64,000 nt of DNA from Blepharisma stoltei ATCC 30299 (lineage: Eukaryota > Protista > Ciliophora). The DNA lies in assembly GCA_965603825.1 (NCBI GenBank), contig CBFDEM010000053.1, positions 930,001-994,000 of the forward strand, written 5' to 3'. Shown here in pieces: positions 23,539-35,856 of the stretch. How positions within the stretch are numbered: position 1 is the stretch's first letter; every line of letters begins with the position of its first letter. The notes beneath the pieces are model-generated. The model was not told the origin of the DNA. It did no database searches and saw only the letters and a program-made list of their open reading frames with translations. The position numbers were made by a program, and so were the translations under genes.

Positions 23539-24231
23539 TTAAAATAAAGTATATTGCACTGTCTCTGATCCACATTTTGTGATTGATGTAATAGGGTGAA
23601 GCATATCAAAGCAAAACAAAGGTGTATAAACAAAGTACTGCATAATAATAAAGAGTGCCAAATTTGCTAGCACGTGTAATCATAATATCCACCTTGGCTT
23701 TCTCAATCCTTCAGACCATTCTAAAAACACTCGATCATAAACCATAAAGTTGACTTTCCCTTCATCTTCTCTATTTCTTAATACATCTTTCGTTGTTGGA
23801 GGAAACTGAAAAGATTCCAAATCCTGAGGTTTCACAGAAAAATAAAGATAGTGGCCTGACCCTGATTTGCAGAGAGCTTCGTCAAAAATCATGTTTTCGA
23901 ACATATTTGGGACCTTTTTTAAGTTGGATCTATACACTTGCATTGCATTTTCATGAATTATTACTGTGTAAAGAGAAATGCAAAGGGTAATAAAAGTCAA
24001 ATAAGGAGCCAAGTACAAAATAAGCAGCAAAAAGAATAAGCGAGTCGACATATAATATCAGAATCGGTACATCTTATCTGTGTAAGCATAATCCAAAAGA
24101 ATTGAATTTTTATTGTTGATTCTGTCGTTATAGTGGAATACTATATGATTATAGCGACTGATTGGGTTTTGGTGCACTGTTGGCTTGTCGCTGAGATTTA
24201 AAGGCTCTCTCGTAGTTATTCTTTTCACCAT
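23539..24231 (-). CDS. Hypothetical membrane protein (~230 aa; start uncertain)
   Basis: ORF 23680..24051 extends both ways through TGA codons; two hydrophobic segments; ends TAA 23539-41. Confidence 0.55.
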
Positions 24232-24519
24232 TATAAACTTCTCTGCAATAAAAATGTCATAACCATTCCAAACAGAGTTTTAAAGAATCTTTCGAAATTA
24301 TTCGCCAAATCTAGTTGTTCGGTTTGAGAAGAATTCATATTGATAAAATGGAGTGTGAAAATCTCAAATCAGAAAAGATCAGAAAATGTTAAGTAAGCTG
24401 CACTAAGCCAATAAGAGCAGCCAATTTTTACTTAGTTATTTATTATATTCTTTTTAATGCATACCCTAGAACCTGAAAAACTCTTCAAACCCCCTTTAGT
24501 ATAGTTTATAAATTTTAAA

Positions 24520-26244
24520 ATGGACTTTGATGCAGATCAAGAAGATGTATTTATAGGCGGTGACGAAGAAGAAGCCGGCCAAAGAGATTTCACCCCCCAA
24601 AAAGATGAAGTTATTTTCTTAGTTGACTGCAACCCTACTATGTTTGCAAAAAACCAAGAAGGGCAGTCTCCATTTTACATGGTCATGGACGCGGCATACA
24701 GCTACTTCAAAGACAAAATCCTTGCTTCTGAGTCTGACAACTTGGCTTTAATATTTTACAATACCGGCCACTCCAAAAACCATATGGACTTCAAAGGGCT
24801 TTATGTGTTTCAAGAGCTCGGACCTCCAGATGCTCCCAGAATCAAAGCCCTCCAACAGCTTCGGACTAATGAAGACTACAAGTTTGGGCATTCAGACGCT
24901 TTACTTGTAGAAGCTTTATGGCTCTGCCACGACCTTCTAACCCAAAAACATATGACTGCATCCCGGCGCATATTCTTGTTCACTAACCAAGACAGGCCTA
25001 ATCAAAACAAGCCCAATGATATGCAAAGAGCCCTTCAAAGGGCAAAAGATTTGGCTGAACAAGATATCATGCTTGAGCTGTTCCCATTCAACCAGGGAGC
25101 TCACAAGTTTGACTTTGAAGCCTTTTTTGCTGGGGCAATTGCACTGGAAGAAGATGAAGCTAAAGAGCCGATTCTTGGAGCAGAAAAATTAGAAGACTTA
25201 ATAGCAGTTATGCATAAAAAAGAATACAAAAAAAGAACACTTGGGACACTTAATTTCATGCTGTCTCCAACAATGAAGGTAGCAGTCAATTATTATTGTA
25301 TGTTTAGAGCGACTAAAAAGCCAAGTCCAGTGAAGCTGCATGCAAAAGATAATAAAAAACTGAAAACTATTACAACTTGGGTTTGTGAAGAAACAGGAAA
25401 ACAGCTTTGGGACCATGAGCTTGGATTTCATTATGAATTAGGAGGAATCAAAATACCATTTACAAAAGAAGAAGTCAAGCAGATTAAGGACTTCGATACT
25501 CCAGGACTGAAACTTATGGGATTTAAAAGCAGAAATAAGATAAAAGCTTATATGAATGTAAGGCCAAGTTATTTTATTTATCCTGAAGATAATAGGATTA
25601 GAGGATCATCACAAGTTATAAACTCTTTGATAAATGCAATGATAAAGCTTAATAAAGTTGGCATGGTGAGGATAATTCCGAGGCAGGGCGCTTTGGTCCG
25701 ATTTGGAGCTTTATTACCCAGTTTAGAACCTCCAGGCTTCAATCTTGTATTTTTACCTTTTGCAGATGATATGAGAAATCCAGAAAATATCAAAGGGCCA
25801 GGCCAAGCTAATCTTGCTCCTGACGATCTTGTGAAATCAGCAGCAAACATGATCCAGCATATCCAAATTGCTGAATATAATATCCACAACTACTTTAACC
25901 CAACAATTCAGCACTTTTACACCCGTCTTGAAGCTTTAGCATTAGATGCCCCAGAGCCACAGCCAATAATTGATGCCTTAGAGCCTGACGAAGAAGGTAT
26001 CCAAAAAAACAGACAATTCATTGAAGGATTCTTTGACCATGCCCCTGAAGGAAACAGAAAAAGACAACGTGAGCCAGCTTCAGCCCCAGCTAAAAAGGTC
26101 AAAAACGACTCAGGAAAAAGCCAATATTCTGAAGCAGAGCTCAAAAAAATGAAAGTCAATGAGCTTAAAGATATATGTGATAGCTTAGGTTTGCCTAAAA
26201 CAGGAAGAAAAGATGAACTTATTGAAAGAATTTTAAGCAAGTAA
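24520..26244 (+). CDS. KU70: Ku70 (vWA, beta-barrel and C-terminal SAP domain; 574 aa)
   Basis: EVIFLVDC, EALWLC, RRIFLFTNQDRP, GLKLMGFK, FIYPED..IRGS, LPFADDMR, YFNPTIQHFYTRLEALAL; SAP motif KVNELKDICDSLGLPKTGRKDELIERI. Confidence 0.93.
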   Translation: MDFDADQEDVFIGGDEEEAGQRDFTPQKDEVIFLVDCNPTMFAKNQEGQSPFYMVMDAAYSYFKDKILASESDNLALIFYNTGHSKNHMDFKGLYVFQELGPPDAPRIKALQQLRTNEDYKFGHSDALLVEALWLCHDLLTQKHMTASRRIFLFTNQDRPNQNKPNDMQRALQRAKDLAEQDIMLELFPFNQGAHKFDFEAFFAGAIALEEDEAKEPILGAEKLEDLIAVMHKKEYKKRTLGTLNFMLSPTMKVAVNYYCMFRATKKPSPVKLHAKDNKKLKTITTWVCEETGKQLWDHELGFHYELGGIKIPFTKEEVKQIKDFDTPGLKLMGFKSRNKIKAYMNVRPSYFIYPEDNRIRGSSQVINSLINAMIKLNKVGMVRIIPRQGALVRFGALLPSLEPPGFNLVFLPFADDMRNPENIKGPGQANLAPDDLVKSAANMIQHIQIAEYNIHNYFNPTIQHFYTRLEALALDAPEPQPIIDALEPDEEGIQKNRQFIEGFFDHAPEGNRKRQREPASAPAKKVKNDSGKSQYSEAELKKMKVNELKDICDSLGLPKTGRKDELIERILSK

Positions 26245-26294
26245 TTAAAAACTTCAATAATATATAAAGGACAGCTTTTAAAAAATAATTATAA

Positions 26295-27914
26295 TTATAC
26301 CTTTTTAACTTTATTACAAGAAGAAACAGTGCTTTTCATGAAATTTTCAGTCCTCGATTTCGATACAGAGCGTGTAGGACTTTTTGAAGGAGTGTTTTTT
26401 ACCTTACTCCAGGAGTCCATAGAAGCTCTAAACCTATCAGGCGCTCTTGGTGTAAAATAGCTGATTCTTCCTACTCCAGGGCTGCTTCCATAAACGTCAT
26501 CAGAAGATATCAAATCTGGCCTTTGCACTCTTGGCGTCGCATACTTATCAATAATCCTTTTTTCTTCACTTTTCAAGAAATTGTCTAAAAATCTTCTTGT
26601 TGAGAGTTCTGCATAATTATTTTTTTTGCCAACTTCTTTTTTAGATGCTGATAAATTCAGACCTTTCTCTATGCAATTCAATTGTAGGTTTTCAATGGAT
26701 TTATACTGAGGCTGGTATCGGACTGATAAGATTGCTGACCCAGCACATTCTCCGGTTATATTGTTGTATTTTGGGGTTATATTTACTACATGAACGCCTT
26801 TACAAAGATCACGAATAGCCCTTTCATCTGTATTTGGGGTTAGTCCAGATATCTCAAAATCTTCGAGGCGGCTTTCATCTTTTATGTATTCTATATTTGT
26901 AAGATTCAGCTCTCTTTTTTTAAGCTCTTTTGCGCTTATGTTTACTACTGGAAAATTGTGGCTTTGGGATTTTGGAATTGGCTTGATTTCTTCTTTTGGC
27001 TCTTCAAGGTTTTCTTTAGTTACTTTTGGCACGATTTCTCTTTCCGCGCTTTTTTCAACATCTTTTGATTTTTTGATTAATCGGATTCTAGATGATGAGC
27101 TTAGAGATTCTTCAAATTTAGCTGATCTTTTCAGTTTTGGAGTCACTGAATTATGCTCTCTGGATTTTTTAAAAATTTTTTCGTCTTCATTAACAAGTTT
27201 GATGCTATTCTCTGGTTTTTCTGGAATTTTGACTATATTTTGTTGCTCATTTTCCTTTCCTTTTACAGATTTAGGGAAAATTTGAGAAACTGTATCAAAG
27301 GATTTTCTTATTGAAGGGCTCATATCTCGATCAGTTGGGTGCCGATTCACATAAACATCTTTTGCAGTCAAATTTGAAGGGAGAATTTCTTCCAATTCGC
27401 CTTTTGGAATACAAAAATCTGAAGCTTTTCCATACATATCTTGATTTTTGGTGCTTGATGGGTTGATTTCTTTATATTTCGGCTGGAAATTTGGCTCATA
27501 GCTACGAATTGTGTTCTTTTTGCAGAACCAGTCTGTTTCTTCATTTCCAAATAAATCATGAACGCTGTGATCTTTAGGCTTGTATGGACTTACCGTTAAG
27601 CCGGCTGGCTCAGGAGGTAAAAATACAGTTGACGCAAAAGTTCTTGTTTCTCTTAGCCTTGTGGGAGATCTGCTTAAATTTGTTCTTATATGAGATGGGG
27701 TTACACGACCTTGGTCAATTGATGATTGCTCAAATGTGGAATCAAAAACTGTGCTTCTTTGATGGTATTTTTCTGAAGCAAATGTCATTCTGGAGGGAGT
27801 TTCAGATCTAGGATTTAAAATTGAAAAACTTTCAGATTGTCGAATCTTGGATTGTGGAGTTGTGGATCTTCTTATAATTCTCTCTGGGTTTTCTGTTATT
27901 TTGGTTTTTAGCAT
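26295..27914 (-). CDS. Hypothetical S/T/P-rich protein with possible RRM-like domain (~539 aa)
   Basis: Long ORF, first ATG 27914; FEISGL..TDERAIRDLC...NITGECAGSAILSV looks like a degenerate RRM. Confidence 0.65.
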   Translation of the reverse strand: MLKTKITENPERIIRRSTTPQSKIRQSESFSILNPRSETPSRMTFASEKYHQRSTVFDSTFEQSSIDQGRVTPSHIRTNLSRSPTRLRETRTFASTVFLPPEPAGLTVSPYKPKDHSVHDLFGNEETDWFCKKNTIRSYEPNFQPKYKEINPSSTKNQDMYGKASDFCIPKGELEEILPSNLTAKDVYVNRHPTDRDMSPSIRKSFDTVSQIFPKSVKGKENEQQNIVKIPEKPENSIKLVNEDEKIFKKSREHNSVTPKLKRSAKFEESLSSSSRIRLIKKSKDVEKSAEREIVPKVTKENLEEPKEEIKPIPKSQSHNFPVVNISAKELKKRELNLTNIEYIKDESRLEDFEISGLTPNTDERAIRDLCKGVHVVNITPKYNNITGECAGSAILSVRYQPQYKSIENLQLNCIEKGLNLSASKKEVGKKNNYAELSTRRFLDNFLKSEEKRIIDKYATPRVQRPDLISSDDVYGSSPGVGRISYFTPRAPDRFRASMDSWSKVKNTPSKSPTRSVSKSRTENFMKSTVSSCNKVKKV

Positions 27915-28393
27915 TAACAATTAATTCGTTAATCTAAAAGAAAAAATGTCATATAAAATAAAATTTTAAGTTGATCCTATATAGAGATGCTTTAAGTTGT
28001 TATATTCTAGATGCTTTTAAGCTAGGCTACTTACGAAAGTTCGTTGCTTTGCTCAGTTTGTTTTAAAACTAATGTTTTTTAAGCGAATAAAGAAAAGAAA
28101 TATTTGAGAATTTTTATGATTTCAATTTTAGTCTATGCTCTTCTAAAAGTTAATGACTTTTTATATAAGCTAATATATTGTGAATATTAATAAGTAGAAA
28201 AATTTATGCTAAATTCAGGGAGCCATAATAAGTAACTAAAAATTTATTATATCTTAAGCTCACTCATCAACTTTAGTTTTTATGTTCTTTAATCAAATTA
28301 ATAAAATATTGTAAAGACTTTAGTTATATATAATTGCAGTGCCATTCATATAAACAAATTCATTATGCAACTGAAAATTAATTTATAAATAAA

Positions 28394-29230
28394 ATGTTCT
28401 TTCATAAGAACTATTTTTTTCGCTTATATTTTGCTTTACCAGTCATAATTGTTCATTGCCTCATCTGAAGTGTAGTGTATTGCTTTAACGTTGGCTTTAT
28501 TTCTGAAGTCGAGCTGGACACAAGCTACATGGTCCTTTTTACGTTTTACTATACAGTTTTAATTCTTCTTGTATGAAGCTATACAATGAGCACAATCACC
28601 GACCCAGGCTCAATCCCAGAAAACTACAAGATTGAGGAAACTGAAGTAAACCCAGACCTTGAAGATTCTGACATGGCCAAGCTCTCAAAAGCAAAAAGGT
28701 TTTGTGAAAAATGTGATCGACATCGGCCACCAAGAACTCATCACTGCTCACTCTGTAATCGCTGCATTCTAAAGATGGACCACCATTGCCCTTGGATAGG
28801 GAACTGCGTAGGTTTCCATAATCATCGATATTTTGTTCAGTTTTTGATTTATGCGACAATAGATTGCACGCTGGTTGGAATTTGCTGTACTTCTGAATTT
28901 GTGAAGAATAACGGAGATACAAACTATTATATTTACTATGGAATGGTGGCTGGGTTAGGGTTAGGAATTATGATATCGGCTCTTGGAGGGTTTCATAGCT
29001 GGCTTTTATTATCAAATTGGACTTCATTGGAGTTAAGGCCGATGGACACTTATAATGTGTTTGACCAAGGAAATTGGCTAAAGAATTTACAACAGCTATG
29101 TGGAAAGAGGTTAATTGGGTATATTCTGCCAATTCCTACCAATAAAGTAGGAGATGGAATTACTTATCCGATTAACACAGTTCAAAGACCAGTGAAATCT
29201 GAAAATTCTGAGGCTGAGCCGCTTTATTAA
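28394..29230 (+). CDS. DHHC palmitoyltransferase (~278 aa)
   Basis: CEKC..RPPRTHHCSLCNRCILKMDHHCPWIGNCVG; N-terminus extended to ATG 28394 through two TGA (LV[W]SY...TDPG). Confidence 0.92.
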
Positions 29231-29341
29231 TTCTAAAAAATTTAAAAATAGCCAAAGTCATTGATTAATTAATTATTAATATTATTTCACCTAATACTAA
29301 AAGATTTAACTACAGGGTTATCTAATTAATCAAGCATATAA

Positions 29342-29911
29342 ATGAAACAAAATAACATCCCAGCATTAGTTAGACATCACAAAGAAAGGGCACAAAGCTC
29401 TTTTATCAAAACTCCTAGAAAAAGAGAAACATTAAAGCTAATCAATAAATGACAACAAATTCATAACTGCGATCTCGCTATATTAGCATCACCTATTTTT
29501 AAAGCCTTTCCTAAACGAGTCTCAACTCCTTCTTTTGTTCATTCATACAGAACTAATTCCCCAATAAATAATCCCCGACTATTGCGTTCTTCAGTAAAAG
29601 ACCAAGGATATAGTGAAATAAAATCAGCGTTTCTTCAAGCACCGAATAATTCTGAAATTAAAAGAATTCAGTCTGAAGAAGTCAAAATTGTGTCTTCAGG
29701 AAGGTATTTGACACCAAAAAGGACTTCTAGAGATATGAGCGATTCTTTAATAAGCAGTACTCCATCACCAAGTGATAATTCGAAGAGTATTGCTTATTAC
29801 TCATTTCGAGTTTTTGGAAATGACGAAAATTTTAAAGAAGGGCTTGACAAAATTCTTCTTAAGGTGAAGCCTTCAAAGCTTTACTTCAAAAGATATAGTA
29901 ACAGAGAATAA
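29342..29911 (+). CDS. Hypothetical protein (~189 aa)
   Basis: ATG 29342, one TGA, in frame with ORF 29582; ends TAA. Confidence 0.55.
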
Positions 29912-30119
29912 AGCTTGTTTAAATAATAGTCAATATTTCCATTAAACAGCATCAGTTAGCTAATTTGAAGCCAAACTGCAATATATAAAATTATATCTAA
30001 GCTAACATTTTTGCTTTTTTTATTTTCTGAATGAGAAAAAATATTTATAGGCCATTTCCTTCTAAAATTCGGTGAATTCATTCCTTTTTAAATTTTTAGT
30101 ATTTCTTAAATATTATTAA

Positions 30120-31124
30120 ATGGGAAATTGCAGAGCTTTACTTTTCAATTGCGACTCTAAGCCTGATGAAGAACCTCCTAAGGCCTCAGAAAGAAAAGTG
30201 TCTGAACCAGCAATTGATGAAATAGAAATAAATGTTACAGCAAAGCCCATTCAGCATGCTGCACCACCTCCTGAAAAATCTCCTCGAATTATACAGTCAG
30301 CAGCCCGAGGGTACCTTGCAAGAAAAAAGCTCAGCACTTTAAAACCCGAAACTAATGAAAATCCTAAAGTACTGAAAATCCGCGGAGCAACTATACTTCC
30401 ATTAGATGATCCAGATGTTGAATGGGTTGAAGAATTCATTATTGGAGACTCCAAATACTCTGGCCAAATGAAAAATGGGAAACGCCACGGACTTGGAACT
30501 CAAATAAGCCCTGATAATACCACATATGAAGGACTATGGGTTAACGATCAAGCAAGCGGGCTAGGGAGATTAACACATATAGAGCAAGATGTGTATGAAG
30601 GAGAGTGAAAAAATGACAAAATTAATGGGTTTGGAGAATATACCAATAAAAACGGTGCTAAATATATTGGAGAGTGAAAAGATGATAAACAAGATGGAAA
30701 TGGCATTGAAATATGGCCCGATGGTGCGAGATATGAAGGCTGCTATTCAAATGGCAAAAAAAATGGGAAAGGGAAACTAAAATTTGCTGATAGTGCACGA
30801 TATGAAGGAAATTTTAAAAATAATGAAATCTCAGGGTCTGGAATATATTATTGGCCTGATGGAAGGATTTATGATGGCCAGTGGGAAGCTAATAAAATGC
30901 ATGGACAAGGAGAATTAAGGTGAACTGATGGAAGAAAATACATAGGAGCTTATATAAATGATAAAAAAGAAGGGACTGGCACTTTTTATTGGCCAGATGG
31001 TAAAGTGTATGTGGGCGAGTGGAAAAATGGAAAACAGAATGGAATAGGAGAGCTAGGACACATAGATGGGCCTAAGAGAAAAGCTGAATTTAAGGACGGA
31101 AAAAGAATAAAGTGGTGTGATTAG
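30120..31124 (+). CDS. IQ and MORN-repeat protein (~334 aa)
   Basis: MGNC start, IQSAARGYLARK, MORN repeats with TGA at 30606, 30675 and 30921; ends TAG. Confidence 0.9.
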
Positions 31125-31234
31125 TAAATTATTATTTTTGATTTTATATTAGATATGACTATTTAATTTTTTTCCAAGACTTATCAATTTATTTAAGTTC
31201 TATATCTTCAAATAAAAAATAAAACTATTAAAAT

Positions 31235-32462
31235 TTATGGAACGAAACTAACCGCTGCTGCAGCTCTTTCACTGTCAATTTTTTCAATAAGGTCTCCTAC
31301 ATATCTTTTAGAAAACGCCAGGATTTCTCCCATAGTAACAGAGTCAATGCTCTCTCTACTATTCACTTTAGAAAGCCTGCTTGAGCCAATTCTTGACGAT
31401 GAGCTTCTAGATGCAGAACTTTTTGGAGCTTGATATTGGTCAATGAAATTTAAATCTTCTCTGTCACTATCACTTTCATAGTCTAGCATTTCACTTGTAA
31501 ACGTTCTCCTATCCACAAAAGTTTGATTTGGGAATATTTGGTTGAATAAAGCCATTCGGTCTTCAAGATCCAGGCCATATAGATTTTCTGCTTTTATTTT
31601 TTCTTCAGCAGTTACATGCTCATTGTCAAGCGACCTTAGTTGTGGCAATTTATAAGCCACTCTAAGCCGATACATTTGCTTTTCTACGACTGGGTTCTCT
31701 GTTAAGTCAATATCACTTAGAAGTGCTAAATCAACGATTGGACTAAGGCTATTTACTTTTCTGATCCCATTTCCTCTGAGCAGCAAAGTCATTAAGCTTT
31801 CTGATTCTTCTAAACCTCTTAAGCTTGAGATTTGGTTATATGAGAGATCAAGAATCCTCAAATTAACCAAGCCTTGAAGCCCAGTTCCGATTTTTGAAAT
31901 CTGATTATGAGCTAAGTACAATTGCTGAATGCTCAAAGGCAAACCTGAAATATAGGTGATTTTGTTTTCATTGAGCGATAAAAACTGAAGATTTGGCAGC
32001 TCGTCAATGCCAGTTATTTCTGAAATTGAATTTTGGTCTAATTTCAATATTTGTATATATTTATGTCGCTTTAAATTGCCCATACTCGTCAATAAATTCG
32101 TTGAATAGTCTACATACAAAAGATTTTGTGGGGCATCAAAATCTAATAGCTTCGTGAGTTTATTATTGGCTGCTCCAAGAGTTAGTAGATGCTTAATTGA
32201 CGAGAGCGGTCTGAGGCTTGTAATTCGGTTTTTTGATAGATCAATGTGCTGTAAATGAATAAATTTTTCTACTCCCTGTATTAAATGTTACAGCAATAGA
32301 TGTCAAGTTTTGATCTTTCAAACTTAAATGCAAATAAGCATATTCTCCAGTCTCACATGGGCCTAAGTGGCTTAACCCACTTTTAATAGCGTCTTCTTCT
32401 ACAACTTGCTTTGCAGATTTGGTGCTTCTCATAGAATTTCTCAAGTTAGTAGCAGTTTTCAT
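31235..32462 (-). CDS. SDS22-type LRR protein, LRGUK/LRRC23-like (~403 aa; intron 32276-32291)
   Basis: GLSHLG...YAYLHLSL...HLQHIDLSKNRI...LLDFDAPQNL...LDLSYNQISSLRGLE...NPV...YRL...LRSLD...EEKIKAENLY. Confidence 0.8.
32276..32291 (-). other. 16-nt spliceosomal intron (LRR gene)
   Basis: GTAACATTTAATACAG; its removal is needed to shift exon 1 into the LRR frame. Confidence 0.85.
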
Positions 32463-32586
32463 TAATATGAAATTTTTATGTTAAATAGAAAAATAATAAT
32501 CATCAAGCAAATAAATCAATAAAAATTTGTTTATTTAAATAAATTATAGTCCTTATTCATAGTATAATAGCTGTACATTATTAAAA

Positions 32587-33978
32587 TTAAAATTGACAAC
32601 TCCAGCTTGATTTACTTCGAAAAAGAGGCATAATGCACGCTTTGAACTCTTTAAAATTGACCTGCCCCGCAATCCAAGGGTGAGCATCCTCAATAAGTTT
32701 TTCTACATCACTTTTATTTTTTGATTTCCCAAATCTCGAAAAACTTTTTATCAAGCTTTCTGCAGTTAGAAATCCATTTTTTTCTGTGTCAAGAATTTTG
32801 AAAATTTGCTTAAGCCTTTTATCTGTAAGAATAGTTTTGGAGCAAATTACTGACGCTAAGAAATCTGAATATTTCAATTTTCCTTCTTTAAATTTGAGCT
32901 TTTTCACAATATCGATCCGTTTTACATCTAATAGTCTTGAATCCACTTTTTCCAGAGAGCTCGATAATTCTTCAAATGTAATGAGCCCAGTGCAAGATGC
33001 ATTTATTTGGAAGAAAATTTGATTCAGATCTGAAATCTCATCAGATTTCAAATATCGGGCAAGCAAACTTAATATTTCTTTTTTAAAGGTGCATGCTGAG
33101 TTATACTCTTTCAGAGATAACAAGAATTTTGAATTTATTACATATTTAGGCACTTGTTGAAGCCATGGGTGGTTAAGTGCCTGAAATGCAGATAAACGTT
33201 TTTTAGGCTTGACAACTAAAAGTTGTCTAATGAAATTTTTGGCGCAAGAACTTACATTATGCCAAGGAGATTCGGCAAATCGATAGTCCCCTGTGATTAT
33301 TTTAGAAAAAATTTCTTTATTATTCCTTCCATAAAAAGGAAAATTCCCCGAAAGCATAACATAAGTAATCACACCAATTGCCCAGATATCACATTTGAGA
33401 TCGTATTTGCTTTTCAAAACTTCTGGTGAGACATAGTTTGGCGATCCGACCATAGCTTTCATCGTCCCACTTGTATAAAAAGTAGACAGCCCAAAATCAA
33501 TAAGCTTGAGTTGATCCGCTTCATATAAAAAATTTTCTGGTTTTAGGTCTCTGTGAATTATTCCGTTGAAATGCAAGTGATTTACTGCTAGAAGGATCTG
33601 CCTTATTAGGCGCTTGGTCTCTAATTCATCGAGATTTCCTTGAGCAGAAATTTTGTCATAAAGTTCGCCACCTGAACAATATTCCATTACTAAATGGTAA
33701 CAGCTTGGCTCTTCTATAACATCATAAAGCTTCACTATATTTGGGTGATCCAGCTTCTTGATGATGTCGATTTCTTGGAATAAATAGTTTGGATGGGCTC
33801 TTATCTTGGATTTTTGAAGAGTTTTTATGGCAAAAGACTGGGACGGATCGTTTAATAATGAGGCTTGTCGCACAATTCCAAAATTGCCGGTACTGATTTG
33901 CTTTCCAATCTTGTAAGTGTAGGCTAATCCTGAGTCTACAGGCATATCGATAATATGACTGCTTGATGCGCTTCCCAT
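32587..33978 (-). CDS. Calcium-dependent protein kinase (CDPK-like, 463 aa)
   Basis: AIK, HRDLKPENFL, DFG, GSPNYVSPE, junction region and four partly degenerate EF-hands; MGSASS is a candidate myristoylation start. Confidence 0.9.
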   Translation of the reverse strand: MGSASSSHIIDMPVDSGLAYTYKIGKQISTGNFGIVRQASLLNDPSQSFAIKTLQKSKIRAHPNYLFQEIDIIKKLDHPNIVKLYDVIEEPSCYHLVMEYCSGGELYDKISAQGNLDELETKRLIRQILLAVNHLHFNGIIHRDLKPENFLYEADQLKLIDFGLSTFYTSGTMKAMVGSPNYVSPEVLKSKYDLKCDIWAIGVITYVMLSGNFPFYGRNNKEIFSKIITGDYRFAESPWHNVSSCAKNFIRQLLVVKPKKRLSAFQALNHPWLQQVPKYVINSKFLLSLKEYNSACTFKKEILSLLARYLKSDEISDLNQIFFQINASCTGLITFEELSSSLEKVDSRLLDVKRIDIVKKLKFKEGKLKYSDFLASVICSKTILTDKRLKQIFKILDTEKNGFLTAESLIKSFSRFGKSKNKSDVEKLIEDAHPWIAGQVNFKEFKACIMPLFRSKSSWSCQF

Positions 33979-35151
33979 CTTAATCAGATTATTATTATCT
34001 TTTATATTTGACTGTTTATATTATAGTTTATTTTTCATCTTTGGGAAAATGTGGCTGAGGTAATTACTGACGTTTTACTCAAAAATCATAAAGAAATTTA
34101 TATGAATAGATTTAGTATTTTAAATAGAACTTAATTAAATGATATCGAAAAACTGTTTCAATTAAAAATGATTAAATGGAATAGGTCAGATATTTCGCTA
34201 TTTGCATAGAAAAATAGGAAATGCAGTAAGCTGTTGTGATTCGATAAAATGAAGAAATAAAAGTTAAAATAAAAATTCTTAATTAATTTCCATATGGTTA
34301 GATTAATTAAAGGGATTTTTAAATTGATTAAAAAAAAATTAAATGCCATCTAATTTAGCGCATATTAAGAGAAAATTGAAAAATAAAAAGACGAAAGACT
34401 AGCCTATACATAATTTGATTGTTTTATGTTAAAATTCATTTCCTTTAGTTGTTAATAAATATTAACTGTAGGAATAAATTAAATAATGGCCAGCTATCTG
34501 CAAAGTATCTCATGGTAGAATTTTCAGTTTGGCTTGCATTTCATATTCAAATTATGATTAATACTTTTTAAAATAGAAGCAATCAATTAATCATTCCTCC
34601 AGCTTTCAGAGATTAAGATTGGTAAATTTTACAAATAATAGCTTCTTGATAAATTATCTTTGTAGCTATCGCTTTTCATATATCATATTTATTTAAAACA
34701 AAAGCTTGATTTATTTGACCAATCTTTAAATTTGAGATAAGAATAGAAATCAGAAGTTATAGAATTAGTGCATGCTTTCCAAGGGAAATGATTCTATAAA
34801 CTGTCTTGAAGAGATAATTAAAAATAAAGACAAGCAAAAAGCAGAACCTTCGTGCTAAAATAATAATCAAAAGTGGAAGCATCAATATCTATAGCTCTCA
34901 AATTTTTAAATAATTGATATTAAATAATGATAGAAACAAATTTTAATTTTTAACTTGTGATATTAATGCCAATGTTTTATTTTAATTGATTATAATAAAA
35001 TATTTTTAAATCAAATTAAATATTTCCTTGAACCTTATAAACTTTGAGACTGGGAATTGCTTTAGTATGGCTAAAAACAATTATAAACATGCTGATTGAG
35101 CGTAATTTTAATCGTGTTTTACTTTAAAGTTTAATCCTCGTAAAGGCTCAA

Positions 35152-35751
35152 TTATGAGTTGTCTAACTCTGTTCTAATATTTCCAAACTTCTTCTTTAGC
35201 AGGAATCTTCTATAATTGCTGCCTCCTTTTGTCATTGTATACATTTTTGGTCTTAATTCTGTGAAACTTTTAACAAAATGCTCTTTTTCTTTATTTGTCA
35301 ATAAAGGCTCCTCTTTACCCTTAAGCTCTCTTAAGCCTTTATTAATGATTTTTTTAAAACCACTCACTTCTCGTTCAAAGCTTTCATTGAACTCTTTCTC
35401 ATAATTATAATTATAAATTTCAGGTCTTGTCATATTTAACTTACGGTCAGCGCTTTTCGCCCTAATAGGTGAATCATCTGGCAATGGGCAAGTTCTATTG
35501 TATGCTCTAAAAGTAATAAGCTTTTCCTTATTCCTTGTTGGCGAGCCCTCATATAATGAGTCAAATTTTAAAGGAGATCGTTCAAAATTATTTCTCAGTT
35601 TAATAGTTTCTGAACGCTGGGGCACTACGGCTCGGTGAGATTTCAATCTTCTCTTATTTTTGAGAAATATTTTACTGATATTCTTTGGCACAATTTTTTC
35701 TCATTGAGGAAGTGGAACCGATAAACGACTTTTGGATAAGGTTCTAATCAT
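35152..35751 (-). CDS. Hypothetical basic protein (~199 aa)
   Basis: ATG 35751 joined through one TGA to ORF 35152..35691; ends TAA. Confidence 0.6.
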
Positions 35752-35856
35752 ATATAATATAATTCATTAATTGGATTTATATTTGTGTCAAAGTTAATAA
35801 AAGTATTTAAACTAAGCAATTGCTATAAAATATAAACAAAAAACATTATTAAGGAA

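Noticed and set aside
33979-35151. Long AT-rich gap (also 55529-56215 and 61743-62627) as an IES, MITE or ncRNA; ORFs 34158..34349 and 55744..55986
   Set aside because: No terminal inverted repeats, target-site duplications or RNA structure seen; the ORFs are low-complexity F/L/I-rich.
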